Program-made: the position numbers and the translations under genes | Source: a virus | Lineage: Duplodnaviria; Caudoviricetes | Reading direction: 5' to 3' (one strand) | Length of the DNA: 64,000 nt | IMG/VR virus record: IMGVR_UViG_3300034197_000017 | Coordinates: 19,686-83,685 of that record | The notes under the pieces: model-generated | What the model was told of the DNA's origin: nothing | What the model saw: only the letters and a program-made list of their open reading frames with translations | Database searches by the model: none | Shown: in pieces, positions 57,448-64,000 of the stretch | Numbering within the stretch: the first letter of the stretch is position 1 | How the letters are laid out: each line of letters opens with the position of its first letter

Positions 57448-59147
57448 TTACTGCCACTGATTTGCCTGATATCTTTTCCAACACAAAGATTGATTTATAT
57501 CTTGAATATTACCAGCAAGACTTAATTGAGTACGTTAAAAAAGTAAACGAAATTCAAGACTCTAACCTAAAACCTCTAATAAAGAAATTCTATGTAAATA
57601 AGTTAGAAGAAAAATGGACTAGGATTTTAGGCTTCAATAAGTCTGATATCCTGAGCGATATTCAAGAACTCCTTACTCCTAAAGTAGATTTCAAACAGTC
57701 TCTAACTCTTAAGGAAGCTTTAGCTTCTTATGTACCAGGTAGCTCATGGATTGTACCTACCTTACTTAGACGTTCGGGATTATATATCCTTGCAGCAGAA
57801 CCTAAAGTAGGTAAAACTATCCTACTAAACTTCCTAATGTTTGCTTTATCAGTTAGCAATGACTTTTTAGGTATGCCTGCTAAACCTGTAAATACCTTAT
57901 ATATTCAGTTAGAAGAATCTCTGGATACTATTGCTGAACGCTTTATGATGACTGGGTTTGGAAATTTAGCTGATGAGGATGCCAGCTTAGCCGTAAATTT
58001 TGGTACTAATATTAGAATCGAACGTAAATTCGATATTAATACAGATATAGATTGGCTAATTAGAACAATTCAAGAATATAACGCAGAAGTTACAATTATC
58101 GATTCTCTACGTATGTCTCAACTAGAATCTGGAGCTGACGAAAATACAGGAGGATACGGAAAGGCAGTCTATAGACTGCAAAGGGTATTCAACTATACAA
58201 ATACCTGCGGAATTATCATTCACCATATGTCAAAACTGGGAAGTAGAAATGTAGACAAAACTTCCCTTATCGATAGATTGTCAGGACATACCTCTATTAG
58301 TGGGGGAAGTGATGGGATTATTGGTCTATTAGCTGAGGATACTAGCGAGGGCAGAGTCATCACCATGAAAACTCTTCCAAGACAAGGTATCCATTTGAAA
58401 ATTAAATATAAGCTAGAAACCAACCAAGGATTATGGCAGTTAAAGAAACTATCAGAAGAATCTCCAGCTAAAAGCGAATACACTAGCAAAATTCTCAGAT
58501 TTCTTGCCCAAGAATCAAATAGAGATAAGTCTTTTACTTCAGACGAACTCGCTAAGGGTATTAACTGTAAGGTAGATGATGAGGGGTTTAAGGATGCTTT
58601 GACCTACCTAGATGCTAGTCAGATTATTATAGGTAAGTATGTCTCAAAACGGTTTGTATATACTCTTCCAGAAGATTCCCTTTGGATTATTAACCCAACT
58701 AAACTTAAGGATAGGTTTTCCTCTACTATCCTAGATGCCAATAATTTAATGAGGTGTCAATCTAAACAAGATATTAGAGATTTAATCCAAGATTGGACTG
58801 ATGAACGTCAAGTAAATGCTAAAAGACTATTAATGTCAGATGAATTACTTAGGTTAATGACATTGGTAAAATCTTATGAATATACTGTTGGAGATGAGGT
58901 TGTTTTTGATGGTAATATCTTTACCATAGACGAGATAATCTACTCTTCACCTAGCCTTAACAATAATGAATATAGATTAAAGAACTTTGAAGAAGTCATA
59001 AAGGAGTGTTTGCTTTCTCCTAGTATGGGTATTGTTAAAAAGCAAGCTACTGTGGACTCCCATTACGTATCTTTACCTAATCCTTTAATTTCTAGTACTT
59101 CCACCACATCCGAGTTTGTTGAATCTACTGATGAGGTTATCTTTTAA
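57444..59147 (+). CDS. Replicative helicase, AAA_25/RepA-like
   Basis: Walker A AAEPKVGKT; LYIQLEE; IIDSL; IIHHMSK; LSGHTSISGGSD. Confidence 0.85.
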   Translation: MITATDLPDIFSNTKIDLYLEYYQQDLIEYVKKVNEIQDSNLKPLIKKFYVNKLEEKWTRILGFNKSDILSDIQELLTPKVDFKQSLTLKEALASYVPGSSWIVPTLLRRSGLYILAAEPKVGKTILLNFLMFALSVSNDFLGMPAKPVNTLYIQLEESLDTIAERFMMTGFGNLADEDASLAVNFGTNIRIERKFDINTDIDWLIRTIQEYNAEVTIIDSLRMSQLESGADENTGGYGKAVYRLQRVFNYTNTCGIIIHHMSKLGSRNVDKTSLIDRLSGHTSISGGSDGIIGLLAEDTSEGRVITMKTLPRQGIHLKIKYKLETNQGLWQLKKLSEESPAKSEYTSKILRFLAQESNRDKSFTSDELAKGINCKVDDEGFKDALTYLDASQIIIGKYVSKRFVYTLPEDSLWIINPTKLKDRFSSTILDANNLMRCQSKQDIRDLIQDWTDERQVNAKRLLMSDELLRLMTLVKSYEYTVGDEVVFDGNIFTIDEIIYSSPSLNNNEYRLKNFEEVIKECLLSPSMGIVKKQATVDSHYVSLPNPLISSTSTTSEFVESTDEVIF

Positions 59148-59495
59148 ATGCCTAAACAACTACAGTCTACCCTTTTAGCTAAAGAAGCGAAATTTGAATT
59201 CCTAAATGGCTGCTTAGTAGCTGCATATGTAGATAAATATAAAGGAATCTCTCCAGAGCTGAACCTAGAAGAAAATATTCCTTTTCTATCGTGGGTTGCT
59301 CCTGCTTCTTTTCATAATCCCTTCATTTCCGAACAAGACATTAAGCAGCTCATAGACGCTTACTATATATTTACAGCTATTGACCCTGCTGAATGTTGTA
59401 TCTATTTTCATCCTTATATCAATACCTGGTGCTTTACTGAAATTGAAAGGATAACTGATGTTCGGAATCTAATTGTAAAATTCAATAAACGGTAA
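59148..59495 (+). CDS. Hypothetical protein
   Basis: 115 aa ORF. Confidence 0.55.
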   Translation: MPKQLQSTLLAKEAKFEFLNGCLVAAYVDKYKGISPELNLEENIPFLSWVAPASFHNPFISEQDIKQLIDAYYIFTAIDPAECCIYFHPYINTWCFTEIERITDVRNLIVKFNKR

Positions 59496-59505
59496 TATTT
59501 CTAAC

Positions 59506-60027
59506 ATGAGAATAAGTGAAATCACTGAACTTAAAAACTTTGGAAACTATAGCTATGACCTTCCATTGCATCACCTACTAGAAACACTGGAAAAATTTAA
59601 GATTCAAGATGGACTGCAACTTTGTCCTGACTTCCAGAGAGGGCATGTCTGGACTGAAGCTCAAAAAATTTCTTTTGTTGAATTTATTTTTAAGAGAGGA
59701 AAGACATCTCCTATTTTATTTAACCATCCAGGATGGATGAGAGACTTTGAGGGTGAGTTTGTTTGTGTAGATGGGTTGCAACGTATCACGGCTATAACTG
59801 ACTTCTTAACTGATATTTTGCCTGTATTTGGCGGATATTACTACAGCCAAATTGAGGATATTTTCTCAGCCAGTCGGCGTATATATATCCAATACTACAT
59901 CAATAACCTAAAAACTAAGAGAGAGGTTCTGGAATGGTATCTCGAATTAAATTCTGGAGGTACAGTACACTCTAAAACAGATTTAGACAAAGTAAGAGAT
60001 TTATTAGAGATAGAGCGAAATGACTAG
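59506..60027 (+). CDS. Stand-alone DUF262 (ParB-like, GmrSD N-terminal-like) protein
   Basis: PDFQRGHVW, PILFN, VDGLQRITAI, YLELNSGGT. Confidence 0.8.
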   Translation: MRISEITELKNFGNYSYDLPLHHLLETLEKFKIQDGLQLCPDFQRGHVWTEAQKISFVEFIFKRGKTSPILFNHPGWMRDFEGEFVCVDGLQRITAITDFLTDILPVFGGYYYSQIEDIFSASRRIYIQYYINNLKTKREVLEWYLELNSGGTVHSKTDLDKVRDLLEIERND

Positions 60028-60151
60028 AAAAGAACAAAAATGTCCATTCTGTAATGGATGGTTTTCAGAGTGGGCTATCAGTTCCCATACCGCTTATTGT
60101 CCAAAGAATCCAGATAATAAGGACTTACCTACACCAGGTAAAAATAAATGA
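60020..60151 (+). CDS. Small zinc-finger protein (43 aa, below cutoff)
   Basis: CPFC..H..YCPKNP. Confidence 0.5.
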   Translation: MTRKEQKCPFCNGWFSEWAISSHTAYCPKNPDNKDLPTPGKNK

Positions 60152-60298
60152 TAGATATCCTATATTTATTGTCTATACTTGAGTTTTATAACTGGATATT
60201 TTATAATGCCATAGAAAACTTAAAGACATCTGAAAGAGATAAATGGAATAACTTTAGGGATTACATAGTAATTAGAGATTAATGAAGTAGGAGATACC

Positions 60299-61090
60299 AT
60301 GCCATTTAGTTTATTACCGTTTAGTTTATTGCCATTCCATGAATCTATGGGATGTATCGCTACTGGAGATGTACTAGATATTATTACTTCAATAGATGAC
60401 AATTCAATAGATGTAATATGTGTTGACCCTCCTTATTTTCTAACTGGACATGCTTGGGATAAGCAATGGAAAACTAAAGAAGAATATTTGGAATGGTGTA
60501 ATTTATGGTTTAAGGAGTGTTATAGGGTATTGAAAACAACAGGTGCGTTTTATACCTTTCAAGACTGGCGATTAGTCAGTAATTATGTTATACAGTTACA
60601 GGAGATATTCCCATATTTCCAAAATTGGATTACATGGGAACGTATTAAGGGTAGAAGTTCTGCAATAAACTGGAAAAGCTCTAAAGAAGAAATCCTCTAT
60701 TTCTCTAAAACTAAAACACCTATATTTTTCGAGCAGAAAAAATTAAGGCCAGTAATTGCTCCTTATAGGAATAAGGATGGAACACCTAAAGGCTGGTTCA
60801 TAGATGAAGAGGGTAATAGGGTAAGGTGGACAGGTACTGGAAATGTATGGCATTATACCCCTCCTACATTCAGCTCCAAAACAGAGAAGCCAGTTCATCC
60901 AACTCAGAAGCCTGTGGCGTTAATTGAAAGGATTCTTAAAGCACATACCCAGCCAGGATATTTAGTTCTAGACTGTTTTGCGGGTAGCGGTACTACTGGA
61001 ATTGCAGCTAGAAATTTAGGCTTAGATTTTATTTTAATTGAAAAAGAGCAGAAATATGTTGAAGAAATCTTAAATAGGTTATATCAATGA
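60299..61090 (+). CDS. Amino (N6-A/N4-C) DNA methyltransferase, beta class
   Basis: DPPY near the N-terminus, HPTQKP, DCFAGSGTT near the C-terminus; no cognate REase adjacent. Confidence 0.92.
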   Translation: MPFSLLPFSLLPFHESMGCIATGDVLDIITSIDDNSIDVICVDPPYFLTGHAWDKQWKTKEEYLEWCNLWFKECYRVLKTTGAFYTFQDWRLVSNYVIQLQEIFPYFQNWITWERIKGRSSAINWKSSKEEILYFSKTKTPIFFEQKKLRPVIAPYRNKDGTPKGWFIDEEGNRVRWTGTGNVWHYTPPTFSSKTEKPVHPTQKPVALIERILKAHTQPGYLVLDCFAGSGTTGIAARNLGLDFILIEKEQKYVEEILNRLYQ

Positions 61091-62961
61091 AATTAAAATA
61101 CTTAACCAATAGAGAGCAAGTACATAGTTTAATTGAATCTATTCCAGAATATTCGTTACTTAAGGTAGCTGGATTTGACCTAGAAACTACAGGTCTAGAT
61201 TGCCATAGTGTAAAAATCCGTACAGCTCAGCTATGTATCGGAGATACGGTTTGGGTACTAGATGCATTTAAGATTAAAGACTTTAATGCTCTCTTGAAAC
61301 TCCTGTTAGAAAAACTAAAGCCTTTATTTATTATTGCAGGTCATAACTGGGTATTTGAAATAAAATTCCTATGGTCTATAGGAATCGATTTAACAGGCTA
61401 CGCTCTCTTTGATACATACATAGCCTCATCTCTGATTACAAGTGGCTTGTCGGGGGTGGAAGAGGCTTTAGATGACGTTTCTCTGAGGTATCTAGGTATT
61501 GAGTTAGATAAGACCTTTCAGAAGTCTGATTGGTCAGTTCCAGAGTTAAGTAAGGAGCAATTAATCTATGCTGCAAAAGATGCTTGGGTAGAGACATTAC
61601 TTCATCCAATTCTATCTAAATTAATAATTGAGGAAGATTTAGAGGAAGTATGTAAGTTAGAGCATAGGGTAATGTTCTGTATTGCTTGCATGGAATTCTA
61701 TGGAGCAAAAGTAGACCTAGATAAACTGGCAGAGTTAAGACCCTATTACGAAAATCTCAGGGATGAGTATACTAATACATTTCTATCCTTTATCCCCAAT
61801 AGATATATCAGATATGACCTATTTGATAATATCTATGACCAAGGAATTAGTATGTCTTCTAACCAAGATATCTTGAAGGTATTACAAGAGTTAGAGGTAT
61901 TAAATCCTGAATGGTTAGATGGGGATAAGGAAAAGCCTAGATTAATTCAGAGTACTGGTGCTGATACGATTAAGCTTTTAGATTGGAATGATTTTCCTAT
62001 CTTAGAGCCATTAAGTAATATTAGAGGAGTATTAAAACTACTATCAAGTTATATCTACTCACTACCTAATCTAGTTAATCCTATTACTGGTAGATTACAT
62101 ACCAGCTATAGGGCTATGGTTAGTACAGGCAGAATGAGTAGCTCTCATCCTAACCTTCAGCAAATACCTAGACCACAAAAAGGTAAACCCTCTGTAAGAA
62201 GTTGTTTTGTTCCTGAAGATGGAAATATTTTAGTTTCCTGTGACTTATCTCAAGCTGAAATCAGAATTATTGCTGAAGTGGCTGATGATGAGGCAATGCT
62301 TCAGGAATTCATTAATGGATTAGACCCTTACGTAGCAACAGCCGCTATGATTTCAGGGATTTCCTATGAGGTTATGATGCAGATGAAGGCAGATGGAAAT
62401 CCTAAATATGGAGAATTGAGACAGAAGAATAAAGCTGTAAGACTAGGATTCAACTATGCAATGGGAGCAGGTACATTCAGAAGAAAAGCAAGACAGAATT
62501 ATGGTCAAATATTTAGTCTTCCAGAATCAAAAACCACTCGTAAACGCTACTTTCATGGATATCCGGGATTAGCACAATACCATGAGTCATTAAACGATAA
62601 ATCCATTACTGAAATTAGGTCATTAGCTCCATTCAGGCGTAGGAGAAAATGGCATTTCTATCCGGGTGTTCCTGCTTTATCTAATATGCCTATTCAAGCT
62701 ACATGCGGGGATTGGGTAAAGTATGCAATGGCTTTAGGATATGAGCGAATGTGGCTTGATGGATATAGCCCAACTCAATCCCAAAAAATGAAAATCCTAT
62801 TGAATATTCATGATGAGATTGTGGGGGAATCCGAACTTGAATTAGGAGAACAATTATGTGACTATATTGAAAGGGCTATGCTAGATGCTGGACAGACTAT
62901 TCTTAAAAAATGTCCGATTGAAGCTGAAGCAAAGATTCTAAATAACTTAGCAGAAAAATAA
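61087..62961 (+). CDS. polA: DNA polymerase family A with 3'-5' exonuclease domain
   Basis: DLETTGL, HN..FE, YAAKDA; TGRMSS..PNLQQIP, DLSQAEIR, K..RLGFNYAMG, NIHDEI. Confidence 0.95.
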   Translation: MKLKYLTNREQVHSLIESIPEYSLLKVAGFDLETTGLDCHSVKIRTAQLCIGDTVWVLDAFKIKDFNALLKLLLEKLKPLFIIAGHNWVFEIKFLWSIGIDLTGYALFDTYIASSLITSGLSGVEEALDDVSLRYLGIELDKTFQKSDWSVPELSKEQLIYAAKDAWVETLLHPILSKLIIEEDLEEVCKLEHRVMFCIACMEFYGAKVDLDKLAELRPYYENLRDEYTNTFLSFIPNRYIRYDLFDNIYDQGISMSSNQDILKVLQELEVLNPEWLDGDKEKPRLIQSTGADTIKLLDWNDFPILEPLSNIRGVLKLLSSYIYSLPNLVNPITGRLHTSYRAMVSTGRMSSSHPNLQQIPRPQKGKPSVRSCFVPEDGNILVSCDLSQAEIRIIAEVADDEAMLQEFINGLDPYVATAAMISGISYEVMMQMKADGNPKYGELRQKNKAVRLGFNYAMGAGTFRRKARQNYGQIFSLPESKTTRKRYFHGYPGLAQYHESLNDKSITEIRSLAPFRRRRKWHFYPGVPALSNMPIQATCGDWVKYAMALGYERMWLDGYSPTQSQKMKILLNIHDEIVGESELELGEQLCDYIERAMLDAGQTILKKCPIEAEAKILNNLAEK

Positions 62962-62979
62962 TGGAGATATACTAAAATC

Positions 62980-63585
62980 ATGGACGCTAATAACATCTTT
63001 TCGGAAATATTTCTAAATCTCATCAAATCCCAACAAGATAAGGCTATGCCTAAAAAATCTCAGAAAACTCTTGAAGATTTATATAAATTAGCTGATAACA
63101 TTCTTGAGTTAAAGAAATCTCAGGTAGAAAATAGTGACTATAATTTAATGCTATTTCAGACTGTAAATGGAGGACAGCCTTCTATTGTAGGAAATCTACA
63201 TCTACCTGTCATAGTAATGACTATCATTAACTCTAGGCAGGGTCAAGGGTATAACGTTGTAATTAACGCTAGGAGACTAGAAGGTGTAGTTGATTTAGAG
63301 GGAGAGCAGATTTATGAGGCGGATAATGGAACCTTATTTACCTATAAATACATACCCAGCTCTATTCAATATCCTTACGATTTTGGGATGTTTTCAATTC
63401 CCAAATTAGATTTTGAAGAATTAAAGGATATTCATTCTACATTTCTAGAAACTACAGAGCAATTATTATCCCCATTTAATTTTGATGAGTTAGCAAAGAT
63501 GGCCTTAGTAAATAGAATCGTAGATTTGCAGAAATTAGCCTATCAACAGGGAAAAGATTCTAATCCTATGCTCGTAAAGAGTTAG
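62980..63585 (+). CDS. Hypothetical protein
   Basis: 201 aa ORF. Confidence 0.55.
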   Translation: MDANNIFSEIFLNLIKSQQDKAMPKKSQKTLEDLYKLADNILELKKSQVENSDYNLMLFQTVNGGQPSIVGNLHLPVIVMTIINSRQGQGYNVVINARRLEGVVDLEGEQIYEADNGTLFTYKYIPSSIQYPYDFGMFSIPKLDFEELKDIHSTFLETTEQLLSPFNFDELAKMALVNRIVDLQKLAYQQGKDSNPMLVKS

Positions 63586-63859
63586 GCTGTAAGTTAGGTG
63601 GTTGGAGTAAGTTAGTTGAAGGTGCTGCTGTCATTACCCCATTAGATGTAGTAGTACCACTAACCATCTCTCTACTTTTACCTAAAGCGTTAGCGATATC
63701 TGGACGCATCTCTAACTTTTTAGTTAGTTTTTGTTGCGCTCTGGTAGTTGCATCTGCTATAAATAGAGGAGCTAGAAAAAGTGGAGTTGTAGCTAGATTG
63801 ACTGCATTCAACCCCCCCATTATTTTCTGACCAATCCCGTAGTTTGAAATTAACTTCAT
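63566..63859 (-). CDS. Hypothetical protein (possible late/internal protein)
   Basis: 97 aa, convergent with the replication block. Confidence 0.5.
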   Translation of the reverse strand: MKLISNYGIGQKIMGGLNAVNLATTPLFLAPLFIADATTRAQQKLTKKLEMRPDIANALGKSREMVSGTTTSNGVMTAAPSTNLLQPPNLQPNSLRA

Positions 63860-64000
63860 GTTTTTAATATATAATTTTCATATTATTTATTAATTATATG
63901 ATATCGTAATGAAACTCTCATCCATTCAATTAAAGCCAGGAAAAATGTATATTCTATTCGGTTACGAGCAACTAACGGTAGATAAAAATATCCTACCTCC

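Noticed and set aside
691-60402. Antisense and overlapping ORFs from the track (e.g. 691-1137, 2163-2642, 4547-4816, 6794-6976, 6867-7103, 10367-10558, 11530-11736, 12283-12516, 13327-13542, 14875-15195, 16033-16227, 18602-18805, 24422-24613, 28116-28313, 31566-31760, 32337-32549, 33353-33541, 33802-34005, 36430-36684, 37719-37928, 39372-39554, 40477-40659, 44464-44787, 50384-50632, 52056-52250, 54875-55063, 58220-58489, 60220-60402)
   Set aside because: They are shadows of longer, motif-bearing genes on the other strand or frame, with no recognisable motifs or RBS.
53041-62961. Introns or inteins in thyA, helicase or polA
   Set aside because: The ORFs are continuous, with normal motif spacing and no intron core or intein signatures.
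1-64000. Stop-codon reassignment (alternative genetic code)
   Set aside because: Genes are intact under code 11, TAA, TAG and TGA all terminate genes, and no suppressor tRNA was seen.
1-64000. CRISPR array, diversity-generating retroelement, integrase
   Set aside because: No regularly spaced repeats, reverse transcriptase, TR/VR pair or recombinase motifs were seen.

Overview
This is a 64 kb segment of an AT-rich tailed dsDNA phage (Caudoviricetes, siphovirus-like tape measure protein with a frameshifted chaperone). The host is very probably a phycobilisome-containing, freshwater or filamentous cyanobacterium, inferred from an NblA-like gene, a cyanobacterial-type M15 endolysin, CCA-less tRNA genes and an I-Ssp6803I-like intron endonuclease. 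1-18.7 kb (+) carries decoration protein, major capsid protein, fibre proteins, head-tail genes, tail chaperone with a -1 frameshift, tape measure protein and endolysin. 18.7-36.8 kb (mostly -) carries the NblA-like gene, a DUF935 portal, an HTH protein and a second block of tail/adhesin genes. 37-63.6 kb (+) holds early and replication genes behind sigma70-type promoters: a Tad1-like immune-signal sponge, DUF932, dNMP kinase, ERF, SSB, CYTH, ThyA, DHFR, SLOG, exonuclease, primase, helicase, DUF262, MTase and PolA. The most striking part is an RNA island at 42.5-49.2 kb that the ORF track does not show. It has four tRNA genes: Ile-UAU with a non-canonical fold, Arg-UCU, a CAU tRNA and Leu-UAA. 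Arg and Leu are each split after U34 by a different group I intron, one carrying a PD-(D/E)XK and the other an HNH homing endonuclease, and several unassigned structured RNA modules lie between the tRNAs. A recurring intergenic motif C(C/T)(C/A)GTTAGAAAA and apparent GATC avoidance were also seen. No terminase, integrase, CRISPR array or reverse transcriptase was recognised in the window. All family calls come from motif recognition by eye; no database searches were run.
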